Origin: Trichoplax adhaerens
Lineage: Eukaryota > Animalia > Placozoa
Assembly: GCF_000150275.1 (NCBI RefSeq)
Contig: NW_002060944.1
Location: 5,274,123-5,338,122 of the forward strand
Reading direction: 5' to 3'
DNA: 64,000 bases
The notes beneath the pieces were generated by a model. It was not told the DNA's origin and did not search any database. It worked only from the letters and a program-made list of their open reading frames with translations. Of this stretch, positions 35,711 to 48,382 are shown piece by piece. The translations under genes were made by a program, and so were the position numbers. How positions within the stretch are numbered: position 1 is the stretch's first letter; the number at the start of each line of letters is the position of its first letter.

Positions 35711-36520
35711 GTTGTTGCTTGCAGTGAGAATTGAAGATATTCAAGCTAGGCACGATTCCTTTTCGATTTGAACTCTCTGCCACTTCTTGTCTTGTCTAGT
35801 CTATGCAGCGAGCTCAATCTTCCTAGGGAAATGAATGATACCCTCAAGACAATAACAAGGGCTAGATAGGCGACAGTCGCTGTTGGGGTGACCTGTTTAC
35901 ACGCTACAACAGTACTGGACGGTAAGTTATCCTACAGTGTACAGTACTGTCTCTACAGTAGCAACACTTGGTACTGTGAAGAAGTACTGTAGTACCTGAA
36001 CTTACAGTACTGTACAGTATCATCGTTGCTTGCAGTGAGAATTGAAGATATTCAAGCTAGGCACGATTTCTTTTTGATTTGAACTCTCTGTCACTTCTTG
36101 TCTTGTCTAGTCTACGCAGCGAGCTCAATCTTCCTATGGAAATGAATGATGCCGTAAAGACAATATCACCGTTGTTGCTTGCAGTGAGAATTGAAGATAT
36201 TTGTACAGTACTGTACAGTACTGTACTGTACTACAGTACTGTACTGTACTGTATACTAGGCATTTTCTGGTACTGTACACTGTAGCGTTAGCAGTGTGCT
36301 TCACTGTTGGTAGTTGAACTCTATAGTATTTCATAGTCATAGTAGAATACTATACAAGTAGGAGTGTTCATTTACAGTACAGTACAGTACAGTAGGAAGC
36401 TATCCTACAATGTACAGTACTTTGCCTACAGTAGCAACACTTCGTATTGTAGGAAAGTACTGTACTAGATCGTACTTGAAGTTGCCATATCATACTGGAA
36501 TACAGTACTGTACATTGTAC
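35711..36520. repeat. Interleaved local duplications plus dense (GTACW)n tracts in the ABCC10/MRPS16 divergent promoter
   Basis: A ~145-bp block GTTGCTTGCAGTGAGAATTGAAGATATTCAAGCTAGGCACG... occurs at ~35714 and 36025, with a partial copy at 36174. A second block TATCCTACA.TGTACAGTACT...CTACAGTAGCAACACTT occurs at ~35928 and ~36401. Pentamer runs lie at 36202-36285 and 36374-36395. Confidence 0.9.
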
Positions 36521-36919
36521 AAGTTGATCGTGTTGATCTGCGACACGGTTTCAGGCGGTTTTCACCCTATTAAGCTGAAGTCAGTGGATGAGACGCCTTT
36601 TAAGAGTGAGCTACCTGCGGTATCATACTGTGTTGCAAACACGGTGTTGGCTCTTATACAAAGCCATATGGAGATACTGTGATTCAATACGCTGTATTGA
36701 TTTGTAGCACGGTTTTACTCTATACCGTCGGTTTTAGGTGGTACAGTCCAGTCGTACAGTATCGCATGACAGTGAGACTTGCCTAACTACTAGAGTCAAT
36801 AGTTCCGACGGCCTCCTTGTGCGCCCTTCAGCATCGGACTTGCACATTTTAGACTTGTGCTTACTCTTCGTCAAAGCAACAGAAAGTGGCTATTAAAGAT
36901 ACCACTGGTAGTCGATATC

Positions 36920-38228
36920 ATGGTTGTGGCAATTCGTTTAGCACTGCATGGTTGTCGTCATCGACCTTTTTACCATATAGTTGTTGCTAATAAAAGGAGT
37001 AAGAGGAATGGACTCCCACTTGAGCAGGTGAAGCTCTAATGATGCCATATTGATAAGGGCTAAATGAAAGATAGAGCCAACTTGATGCAGTATTTCCTAG
37101 CTACTTTTGCAGTTGTTAACCTCATCAATTTCTCCTTTTAGGTTGGTTCATTCGATCCATTACCTAATAGAAGCAATGAGAAATTGGTTGCTTTAAATAT
37201 TGAGCGTATAAAGTAAGTTTTACGAATGTTACAACGTCAGTCGAGGAGCATCCTTTCGCTGCGTTGCAATACTGCCTGTTTTGATACCTGTTCAAGATCT
37301 AGTTTAGCTTTCAAACCTTTCTCTATTTCAATATCGAAACCAAACCAAGCCAAGTATCTACATAAAATTCAGTGAGCTGCTGCACGTATCTCACTGCCCA
37401 ATAAACTGCTTCTAAAATTACAAAATCATGCAACACGCAAGTGAACTTTGTATTCTATATCCAATAAAGAGAGGCTTATATTGTACGCGTAATAATTTCT
37501 CTAGAATGATAATGGAAATGTAATAGATTATAAATATAGCGAAAAGTAGCGCCTAGTTAATAGTTATCACACTAGAATGGGGAATGGTGAACTGCTACGG
37601 TGCCATTCTATATTTCTTTCTAATGTCCCTTGTTGTCCACAATTTCGATACATTAAAAGTTAAGGCGGTACTTCATCATAGACATATTGGAAAAATCGAT
37701 TCGTATATGAAAGATAAGCAGACTTGACATTTGCACTTTGGCAGTGTTTCAGATTTGGATGATAACACATTTTATAAATGCTATGCATATTGATACACTA
37801 CAGTCCTAGAAATAAATAACTTAGTGGCCCATTAACGATTTATTTCTACGTTTCAGGTATTGGCTAGGTGTCGGAGCTCAACCTACTAAACCAGTTACAG
37901 CTCTTCTCGCCATGGTAACGATAGCATTGTAGCATATCGACTTCTTTATATTATCAATACATATGCTCCCTGTATACTATAGCATGTGTAACTTGGCTAT
38001 TCTTAATTGAAACATAGTGGATCAGTCATAACGACATCAATATCCCCTTAGTACGGAGCGTACTTATCACACTAGAATATATCTTATATGAGATAAGTGA
38101 AATAATTCTTTGTATTGTAGGCTGGAATATTACCGATACATCCTAGAATAGAATACGAAGCCACTAGAAGGTTAAAGATGAAAGAAAGTAATAAAAATAC
38201 TGAAGCATCGGAAGACACTACTGCTTAA
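36920..38228 (+). CDS. MRPS16: Mitochondrial ribosomal protein S16 (bS16m), 114 aa. Exons 36920-37027, 37142-37212, 37857-37914, 38121-38228
   Basis: MVVAIRLALHGCRHRPFYHIVVA...EQVGSFDPLPN...LVALNIERIKYWLGVGAQPTKPV..LLAMAGILPIHP; GT-AG junctions are in frame. Confidence 0.95.
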
Positions 38229-38819
38229 AAGGCTTTTATAGTACGCTAGTAACCATATAGGCGTACTTGTATCTGCTGCGTTAACGTTTGCATTTAGGTA
38301 TAGCCTCTCGAAGAAATAATCACAGCTGTTGCATACCGTACTTCGAAAACTTCAATTTAATAGCGAAAGGCATTGTACTATACACTGTATGACCTGTTAT
38401 GATATATTTAAAGACAAATCAAATATTGTTTATTTAAGTATACTTATAATTAAGATATATATATATATATGTGCTCGTATATATTTTATATTATGTGATC
38501 AATTTGATGTGAGTGCACATGTAGACCTAAGAATTTTGCCATCATACAAAAATGTAAAAATGTAAGAGTGTACCTAGTTTTTGTTATTATGAATGTAATT
38601 GCCATTTAGACTGTTTTTTGAAACTCCTGCAAGGAGCCGTGATATTAAGCTGATATTCATAGCAAAAATAAATAATGACACTCCAATAGCAGCATTTGAG
38701 CGTACTATCGTATGCATCGTACATCCTTATTACTTTCAAGCGTCAAATATTTGTGAAGACCTTTATCTATTCAATACGATAGGTCGACAGCCTCTAATGT
38801 ACGAATACGGATTTAAATT

Positions 38820-40390
38820 TTAATATTTCTTTTTCGTTTCCAACGATTCCATTAGAGCTGGAGCACCCCATACTGTCGTAAATACAGATCTGCATATGAA
38901 GGATTGATGTAGTTAATCCCAGTAGTAAAAGTAAATAATATAAATATGCCAGATAAAAATTAGTTATGATGCTTTACCTTTCAAACTGCAATGCCTGATC
39001 AGTCCCTAAATCATCAGCATAAGTAACTATTTGTTTTATTCCTCTTATAGAGTTTACAGGACCATCAATGATTTTCTTTAACCAATTCATACCTGCATGT
39101 AAGGTTACCTACAATTTGGCAATGGAAATAGGCAAATAATCTTATTTCTTTTACGAGTATGATTAATTAATTAGTTTGCATAATTCAGCTGACGCAAAGT
39201 CTTTATCATGGACTGGTATCTTAACAGTCATACAGTATACAATATCTAGATATATTAAGTCGCTACTAACTTGATCACTACTTATTATGTCATCGGCAAG
39301 ACCGTACTGCAGAGCATCCTTTGCAGTTATTTTAATACTACCAGCAAGTAATCTCAAAGCCATACGCCTTCCAACAATATTTACTAATCTTGAACCACCG
39401 CCCCAGCCAGGTGTCACTCCTCTTTTGACATGAACGAAACGTATCTCTAAAGTGAACAAGATCATAAGATATAATTTACCAGTATTGGATATCGAATTGA
39501 GCTAATTTCGTAATGTCATAAAAAGTTGATCAATGTAAAACATCGTACCTGCATTTTTGGAGATCAATCGAAAATCGCACGCTGTAGTTAGCTAATGTGT
39601 ATGAATATATAGCACGATCAAAATAATGTTAATATCATCTTCATGACTTTAATTTAACATAAATTACATACGAAGAGTCAAACAAATTTTCGCTACAGGA
39701 TGGAAAGAAGTAGTTATCTAATAATTAAAAATCTTATAACTTGTAGGGGATTTAAAATACTATCCCTATAATACCATCTCATCTTGACAGAGGTATGTGT
39801 ATGTTACGCTCAGTACGGAAGCAATAAAGCAGTGATCTTCCATAGTTGTTATAAAAAAGTCGTTGCAGGATTAATCAATTTACCTCAGCACCTCCACCGA
39901 GAGCCTTGCCTTCAATAACTGCTAGGCTAATCATGGGTAAACGTTTAAGTCTGGTCAGTGTTGTTTGCATTAATTCACACATTGCTTCCCCATGTTCAGG
40001 TGAATTAAATTGTTTAGCAAGATTTAAATCTGCTCCACTGCAGAAAGTACTACTTGCACCAATCAAAATAACTCCTTTGCCTTCTTTCCACTCTTCCAGT
40101 TGGTTAATAGCATCTCTCAATTGTACCATCATGCTACCACTTAAAGCATTACGAATTCTTTCATTATCGATTGTTAATACAGCGATTTTGCTATCATCGA
40201 ACTTTTCTAATTTAATTTTACCACCTTCAACTTTTTGTAGTTGTTGTATTATACTTGTATTATCAGTAACACTCAATACAGATGTTCTACTTAGATGGCG
40301 ATAGCAACCCTTTCGATTGATTACACAGCTTATGCGATTCACTGTACATAATAATTCATTTCTATTCTGAATGGACATAAAACGCCACAT
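38820..40390 (-). CDS. ECHDC1: Ethylmalonyl-CoA decarboxylase (crotonase fold), 308 aa. Exons 40390-39884, 39591-39549, 39446-39271, 39108-38978, 38889-38820
   Basis: NALSGSMMVQL, EGKGVIL, FCSGADL, ALGGGAELTTACDFR, PGWGGGSRL and the C-terminal VFTTVWGAP match ECHDC1. Confidence 0.92.
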
Positions 40391-40566
40391 AATTTATTCC
40401 AGACTGTAATTCATCTAAAACACAAGTAAAATGAATTTCGTGCTAACTAAATTTATGCTGCAGAACTCTTTTAAGTCACGGTTTAATCCACAGCATCTCT
40501 GCCAAAGCAAATCCTAGCCAAGATCTCAAAGTAGCAGGCAGGCGCACCGGGATGAAAAGTCCAAGC

Positions 40567-40630
40567 TAGTCCAGTACGGAACGGTACCGTACTGGACTGG
40601 ACCGGACTGGTACCGTTCTGGACTGGACTA
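40567..40630. repeat. Inverted repeat / hairpin built from GTACW and GGACT pentamers in the ECHDC1/SURF6 divergent promoter
   Basis: The 22-bp arms TAGTCCAGTACGGAACGGTACC and GGTACCGTTCTGGACTGGACTA pair at 20/22 positions. An alternative 12-bp perfect stem AGTCCAGTACGG/CCGTACTGGACT is also possible. Confidence 0.85.
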
Positions 40631-41066
40631 AATAGTTCAAGTGCTCAACAGCCGAACATTGCAAAAAAAGTGCAGTGTAAATTATTATTCGAGTACTGCA
40701 GTTCTTAACACTTTACTGTCAACAGCAGTAGTAGAGGATAGCTTATTACTGTAGCCAGCAACCAACTTGCTCAACTCGTGGCCTGGTAAAATTGGAGGAT
40801 ACTTGCTGGCTAATTGCAGACTTGCAGCTGCCTTGATTCAAATCAAGGCCGTAAGATATTGGATAGAGTAAATAGAATAGACTCCTGTGATAGGAAGAAT
40901 ACAGTAGCTCAAAATAGCTAATACAAGCTACGATTTTATAGAAAGTGCTGATTAATTGACTGCATAGTAACAACTTGTAGCTTGCTTATTCATCCCTTAG
41001 TCGTTTAGGTGTGCCTGTGCAGCTGTGCTCCAATATTCCTACGATATTCTAAACCATTGGTATACG

Positions 41067-42005
41067 ATGGCTGCAATAGATTCCCTTAAAGCGCATTCAC
41101 AATATTTAAATACTGCACTAGAGCTAATACCAGCTAAGATTTATTTTAGCAATGATGGAATTAAAGAAAAATACTGGCGTAAGGAGAAACGGAAGAGTAA
41201 TTCACAACAAAATAAAGCTGCAGCAAAACTAAGCAAAAAGTTAAAGCTAGATCCAGCTCAACACAAGAGTAATTTGGACATAGCCAAAGAACGAGACGAG
41301 CAGGAAAAGATCTCTAAATCTGTTGCAAGTGATGAGGAAATCGAACAATCGCCAGTAAAAGCAGCAGGTTCGGACGTGAACTCTGTTAAGCTTGCTTTTC
41401 GGAATAAATTACATCAATTAGAAAAGAAACGGAAAAAAACGTCGCAAAATGATACAGCAATGACTACTAAAATCAAGAAGAGACGAGAAGATAGTCGGAA
41501 GAAGGCTAAAAAGACCAAGAAGGTTGCACCTGCTCAATCTAATATCTCGAAAAGTCAACAATCGAATAATGATGATCAAAATAGCGCAAAGAGTAATAAA
41601 TTACTTTATAGCAAGTTTGAAATTGATAAGCAAGTTTCTAGTAATCCGAAAGTCAAGAAAAAGAAAAAGGACCTTCAGCAAATGCTTAAATCTATCGAAG
41701 ATAAAGAAGCCAAAATGAAAGAAATAGCTAAAACCGACAAAGCAAAAGCGACGGAACTGAAGGATAAGATGGTATGGAAGAGCGCTATAGAAAAGGCGAG
41801 GGGTAATAGAGTCAAGGATGATCCTAAATTGTTAAGAAAGACTATTAAGCGTCAAGAGCAAAAGAAAGAAAAAAGTAAAAAGGATTGGAATAATAGAGTG
41901 CAAGCACAGCAGAACGCCATGAAGGAACGTCAGAAGAAACGAAAAGCTAATATTAAAGAGAGAGTACAACGTAAAAAGGTGAAGAAAATCAAGAAAGCAA
42001 AGTAA
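41067..42005 (+). CDS. SURF6: Surfeit locus protein 6 (nucleolar, Rrp14 family), single exon, ~312 aa
   Basis: Rrp14-type N-terminus (LELIPAKIYF...KKLKLDP) and SURF6 C-terminal motif W..AIEKARG.RVKDDPKLLRKTIKRQEQKKEKSKKDW. The first ATG is at 41067. Confidence 0.93.
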   Translation: MAAIDSLKAHSQYLNTALELIPAKIYFSNDGIKEKYWRKEKRKSNSQQNKAAAKLSKKLKLDPAQHKSNLDIAKERDEQEKISKSVASDEEIEQSPVKAAGSDVNSVKLAFRNKLHQLEKKRKKTSQNDTAMTTKIKKRREDSRKKAKKTKKVAPAQSNISKSQQSNNDDQNSAKSNKLLYSKFEIDKQVSSNPKVKKKKKDLQQMLKSIEDKEAKMKEIAKTDKAKATELKDKMVWKSAIEKARGNRVKDDPKLLRKTIKRQEQKKEKSKKDWNNRVQAQQNAMKERQKKRKANIKERVQRKKVKKIKKAK

Positions 42006-44295
42006 AAGTTTAATGCATTGATTGGATTATTTTAATCCTCATCATTAAATTAATGTGGATTTAATACTTCAAATGAAAGTTAATTTGTTAAGTCATTTCT
42101 GAAATTTTATGCATAACTAGATCTGAGATATGTCAATTTTCATAATATAATGTATATCAATATCAGCAGGAGATACGTGTACATACATGTTAAGCAGTAT
42201 TGCTGGTGGAAATACACACGTAATTTAAAATCTTAAATTAATTGCATGTTGAGAATAGTAAAATAGCTTAAGCGGTAGAGGATTATATAAAACTAACATC
42301 GAACGTCATAATTGTGCACCTTTTGTGAATGAAAGCTCTTGCGAGTGGTTGCCATCTATCGTTATAATACGCTTTTAGTTATCACTTCCTGGTGTTGAAG
42401 GTTAACAATCTATGTAAAAAACAGAGATCAAGCCTGCTCAAAATGCTCATACTGGACAGTGTGTTATCCACAACACTCTTTGTTTTGAGTCTTTCGTTCA
42501 GAAACAGTTTTGCTCGCTTTGATATAAGGACGGATTAGATATAATCATATAAATGTTGATGCAAAGTTCCCTCACCTCTTCTAATATTATCTTACTAGTT
42601 TAAAGTAACTGCTTTATTTCAATATTTCATGAAGCTAATCTTGCCTAGTTTGCTGATCATGCTAGCTATCTAAGCCTAATGTAAATGTTTATCACCGAGG
42701 ATCGCACTGCTAGCTTACTAGAGTTACTGTACACTACATTCTGCAAACGAATGAGTCATGAAGCAGTCAGATTTAAGAATTTACTCCTTTTTTATAACGT
42801 TTTGCTACTCCTTGATGTAATCTACGATATGAATGGTACTAACGATGCGGATTTCTTGTTATGCATGAGCGCATTATGAATACGTACATTAAGGCTGCAC
42901 GATTAGCAGCACGAAGTTTGATTTATATGATATCGGTTTACTGTTAAGAAAATTTTTTAAGGCTGAAGATCAAATCGTAATGTGCAATCTATATCAAGAA
43001 TACAGAATTATCTACTCATCCTGCATCCTTCAGCAATCTTATCTGAAAGTTGTCAGCGAATTATTGGATAAAACTCTATCACTATATATAATATCATGTC
43101 TTACATGCTTACCTCTGTAAGTACTCATTGTTAGTTTGTCGCCCATAGTGGTGCAAATAAATCAATATCCATGGTTTATAAATAGCGTACCTATTAGCAT
43201 GATGCATAAAGCAACTAAAAATTCTGTGGTTTATTTTAACCGCCAAACGTTAATTAACAAACGCAAGGTAATGAATATTTTTTCTTATTCCATTCCTTTA
43301 TATTTGATTCGCAAATAGGGTTTGAGGCTATTATTAAGTAATTTGAATTAGATTCTTGCTATACCTTCAGGAGTAAGATACTTAATACGGCACAGTAGGT
43401 GTCTATTGCCTGCGATACTGGAAAGGTTTGTCCTTCTCGATATTTGACAATATTAAAAGGCTATCTCAGATATACATATACTAATAAGATTAGTAATGGG
43501 ATAATTTCGTTATCGAGATATACTGTACTGTACTATACTATGCCATTTCTACTGGTAGATGCGTAAAATTGCTTCGTACAAGTTAGTTGTAGTCGAGATT
43601 TATATCGAATCGTTGAATGTTCGCAAAATTCATTTATTGACGTTGTTCTCACAGCGGTGGATATTAGCCTGAAAAATGTTTCAGATTAGCTTCACTTTAT
43701 GTATGTATATGTGAAACCTAAATGCATACAGAGAGCTATGGCGAGCACATGTGTAGGTTGCATAGATAGATCGTAGGTAATTCAATAATTGATCAGAGAA
43801 AATATAGTATAGTAGTTTGCAGTAAATTTCTGCGACTGTATGATATACGCGTATAGCACAATAGAAATGTAAAATTTGGCATAGCATATGCATGATTCAC
43901 GCACCCATAATAATATAAATCTATTCATGAACTACTGAAATATTTCCCTGAATTTTGCAAACTTTAATCTCCACTATCTGCGGATATGATGTGTTTATGA
44001 CTCCAACCTATGTTCGCCAGATGAACATTGTTGTTTGCATTTGTACAACAATACAGTAGATCATGTTGTATCGAAATATAAATTCATGATGGTCCTCAGT
44101 CATTCATACACTATTTCATACTTTGTAGTATTACACACTACACAATTCGGATCAAGTCTAATACTGTTAGTTAATTTCTTTTGAATGTAAATCATTAAAA
44201 TCGTACAGCAAAATTCTTATAGCAAGAAGAGTTAGCTGAATAAAGACATGGACTACTAAAATTTAGGAGCGTCATTCTGACAGTACCGAGAAATA

Positions 44296-44481
44296 GTACA
44301 GTACAGTACATGGTATGCAATGTGTAGTACTAAATACTGTAGAATACAGTAATATACTGTACTGTACAGTACTATTTCATTGTTTAATCGTTTAAGCCAA
44401 TGTATTTACTACTGTACTGTACTGTACTGTACAGTATGAGTATCTGAGTAATCGGGTGATTATGTACAGTACTGTACTGTA
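44296..44481. repeat. (GTACW)n tracts upstream of the ependymin-related gene
   Basis: Several runs, for example gtacagtacagtaca and tactgtactgtactgtactgtacagta, 600-800 bp 5' of the ATG at 45088. Confidence 0.85.
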
Positions 44482-45087
44482 GGTTCGTACGATACGGTCG
44501 TTCATAACGGCTCATAATTTTCAACTAAATTTCGGTGAAATCCATGGAAACCATTCATCCAAATTTGCAATGTGGCAATCACATGATTTTCTCTGCAATA
44601 TTTTTTATTATGAAGTTATTTATTTGTACGTGATGTGCCTTTTGTCTACAATCTTTTACCTTAACTTTTAATTAAGACACCGAGTAAAAGTTCAAACAAA
44701 CAAAAGAGTCTAAAATTTCAAAAAATGTCCGTACAATAGAGTTGACAGCACTTCAAATGATTACAATACTGTCGCTAACTGTTATCAATCGACATTACGT
44801 CAAGTAAAAAAAAAGGTTACAGGCTTACAGCGCGTATTCCTCGTTAAGTGTACTAAGGCTATTTACAATTGGTGCACTCTACAAGGTAGCTAAGCTGCTC
44901 AATCTATAGTACTGCAGCGTATGCTCGGTAGTTTGAAGGATTTTCAAGCTTAAGTTGAAAGCCTTCTTAATAAGCAAATAATAGCCTCAGTTAGCTTTAA
45001 ATACGCTACAGAGCTTCAAATAAAATTCACTTCTCCCTGAATTGCTTTGAGTTCGTTATCGACTCTACTTTCAAATAAAACACAGAC

Positions 45088-45864
45088 ATGTATCGTTTTT
45101 TGATTCTTGTCTCTCTCGTTGGTATTGCTATTGCAACTGCACCTAAACCATGCTGTACACCAAAGCAATGGGAAGGTGTTGTTGAAGCAGCCGGCATGAA
45201 GGTAGTTGGAAGCGGAAAAACTGCTATGAACTCGACCTTTCGCGTTTTGATACATGCTTCATATGATTACCAAAATAGCAAGATTAGAATTGATGAGGAC
45301 GTATATCCAACTGGTGGTAAGAAAGTCCGTGTTACAATCATCGGCGACTTTAAGAAAGCAAAGAAGGTCTATACTGTTTACAACGGCAAGTGCACCTCAG
45401 TTTCCACCAAATCACCAATGCCCGAGGCCTGTGTTCCTAAGAACGCTAGTTTCTATATGGGAGGTACGGTTGGAGCTACATTAAAGTATAATACCTTCGC
45501 TTATTCCAAAAAAGATGGATCTTTGGGAGCGATAATTGATGTATCTGCAACGGGTTGCATTCCAATTGCCGAATTAGCTTTCCAGAAAGCAAAGATACAG
45601 AGTAAAGCTAATACCGAATATATTGCAGCTTGGTTCAAGAACATTACTGCAGGAATCAAAGACTCCTCAGTTTTCGACAAGCCGAAAGAATGCAAGTCTA
45701 GTAAAGATTTGGAAAATGTCGTTGTTGACTTTGATTACTTGAAGTACTTCCAGTCTCGTCTCTTTACGGTATCTAGAGAAAATAAGATGTACTTACAGGA
45801 ATCCATTGAAGATCTCTTCCGAAAAGACTCCGTTAGACGCTTGCATGAAACATTCCTATTTTAG
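45088..45864 (+). CDS. Ependymin-related protein (EPDR family), secreted or lysosomal, single exon, 258 aa
   Basis: Signal peptide MYRFLILVSLVGIAIAT; ependymin motifs PCCTPKQWEG, SYDYQNSKIR, CVPKNA, GCIPI and GIKDSSVFDKPKEC. Confidence 0.88.
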   Translation: MYRFLILVSLVGIAIATAPKPCCTPKQWEGVVEAAGMKVVGSGKTAMNSTFRVLIHASYDYQNSKIRIDEDVYPTGGKKVRVTIIGDFKKAKKVYTVYNGKCTSVSTKSPMPEACVPKNASFYMGGTVGATLKYNTFAYSKKDGSLGAIIDVSATGCIPIAELAFQKAKIQSKANTEYIAAWFKNITAGIKDSSVFDKPKECKSSKDLENVVVDFDYLKYFQSRLFTVSRENKMYLQESIEDLFRKDSVRRLHETFLF

Positions 45865-48382
45865 GCTGTCATAAACAATACTTGTACTAACAGCAAAGTA
45901 GATCAGCTCGGATGATGAATCATATCTACATATACTATACAAGGCTACTCGATTCGGTGTGTAATACCTATATCTCCAAAATAGCTTACCTGTACAACCT
46001 AGACGTCCAGAATAATCTAATTGTAATGTAGTGTAGCATTTGTAGGCCGTTGTGATATGAGTAATAAGATGCTATCATCATCATATGTTCAACATTGCTG
46101 TATAAATGTCAGCTACGAGATATATCAGCGCTGAAGTATTTTTAACATGTGTGTCTATGAGTCCCTATTATAATTATTAGACTGTAGATAATTTTAAATA
46201 TAAGAGATATGGGTACTGTTAAAGCAAAATAAAATATGTTTTTAAAAAAAGATATGAATATTTCTTTAAAAATAACATGGAATAGTTAAAGCAAATTATT
46301 AGAAGCTTTTACAAACATAATGATTGTAAATTGCGAAGGCGATAGAATGCTGTGAATAATCGATTGGCAATTATAATTTAACCAGAAGTAAATGTAGTAC
46401 ATACTCGTACGTGTTGTTCATAGTTAGTGCGTGGCATGTAAACAAGCGCGCCTAATTCGCTTGTTTCGTAGTAATTGCATGAGAACAGTTTAGAAATACG
46501 GATAATATATGATTGTTATCCGTTAAGCGCTTACATCGGTTACTTCAATATTTAAACTAAGTTACTTTGAATTTTTAGTATTGCAACTGCCATAGTGGGG
46601 CGGTTTCAGGGTTTAGGTTACCTCTTTATGCTTTCTGTGTTAAGCTACCTATAGATTTAAGACCTATCTGTGATTTTATATGACTATATAGTGTTTAGAA
46701 AGATGCTTAAATCGCCGCCATTTCTTTCTGTTAGATGTATTGGAAAGTGCAAAAGACCACAACATGACATATTAGCATGTTTCATATACCAATAAAGATT
46801 TTCATGTTAGGAAGATAAATCCGACCGCTTGATAACGAGTCAACAAATTACGAGGATGGCTTTTGATAACAATATGAAACTTGATCTGATATTACCATTA
46901 CATTTACTCTACATATAGCATTGTCACTGTATATCAATTGCTTATGATGATCGTTCTTAGCTCGTAAAATTCGAAAATAAGTAGTGGTACCTCACCTAAG
47001 ATTCCTATAAATTAAATTCGGATAACTTGGCTCAAGATCTTAAAGAGACTGCAGTTAAGAAATCTTATACATCGATAAATAGTTTTAATGCCTTACTGAC
47101 ATAGTGACTATTTCTAAACGATTATGGTTATATAAATATCTATTAACTACTGCTGTGCTAATAACGGTACGGAATAATAGTTTAAGTAACTTACGATAAT
47201 AAATATATAAAAATGAATTCGGTACGATATATAGAAGTTATTAGAATGTCATCATCTCGCAGTTACGATTTATTGTTTAATTAAAGCCGTGATGGAGCTG
47301 AAGGTGACACCTATCTACCACATGCTGGTTTGGTAATCATACATTGTATGAGATATCAGTTAATCATGAAAAACGTGACACCAGCCTATTAAACTATAAT
47401 TGTTTAAAAAAATGAGAATAGCAAGCCCACGTAGTCCATTTGCTACAAGTTACAAACTCAAGTCAGTCTCAAATTTTATTAGCAGATTAAATTGCCATCT
47501 CGAATAAATGCGAATCGTGTGAAATAGGCTGTACTTAAACTGTACTCTTTTAAGAATCATAGCATTCAATTTGCGAAAATGAGAATTCTAGTAACATGAT
47601 TCAGAAGCAAGGTTTTTAATTGTATTCTAAATTCTAAATGACTGTAACACTTTGATGGTAAATAAACAAACACAAGTTTAGGTATCGACGAATCCATTTG
47701 AGGTGATACAGTTTCGTTATCGCAATTTATAAATTTTTAGTTAAGAATTGGTAATTCAGTAAGCTTCACAGAACTATATGATACCAGCAAAAATTCTAAC
47801 TCAACTTTATCAGTTAAAGAGTTAACTTAAAGGGTGTGATTCCACAGGGATACCCCTAATATATGAATCTGTTGAGGATATGCCGAAGTGTGCGGATGAA
47901 TTTGAGTAGAATTCAGGGAAAGATATCATCTCACAAAGAAACACGCATCCATGTCTAATTATTTAATATTCGAGTTACCATTTATTAAGTAAATAAAGAT
48001 CGAAATCTATTTACAGAAAAAAGAGTAATTTTACAAGTAACAAAAATAATCTAAAATTGTCGCTGATATAGTTGAATTTATTTAAAAATAATCCATTGAA
48101 TCCGTAATATAATCCGTACTATAAGTTACAAGTTGTTGAGATTATGATAAAATCAAGCTAGAAAGTTACCTAAAAATTCTTCCATGAGATTTTTACTGGT
48201 ATATTGAATTTTATTAAAAATGAAGGTTAGTTATAAATTCTATTCTTTTCATACAATTTTGATTTATGAAAGCTAAAAATTTGAAAATCGTCTAATTTGA
48301 AATGTAGCAAACGAGTCGTCACTTTTATGTTATTTATCATAATGCCCGCAATCGGTTTAAGAAAGTCGTTGTGCAGTAATTT

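Noticed and set aside
39906-40304. Antisense or alternative-frame ORFs overlapping real genes (also 232-519, 26336-26527, 41524-41718, 45016-45695, 48411-48620, 52720-53377)
   Set aside because: They are shadow ORFs of well-supported CDSs with no independent evidence.
40270-40390. Arg/Ser-rich N-terminal extension of ECHDC1 as a novel mitochondrial targeting peptide
   Set aside because: Vertebrate ECHDC1 has an N-terminal extension of similar length, so it is not distinctive.
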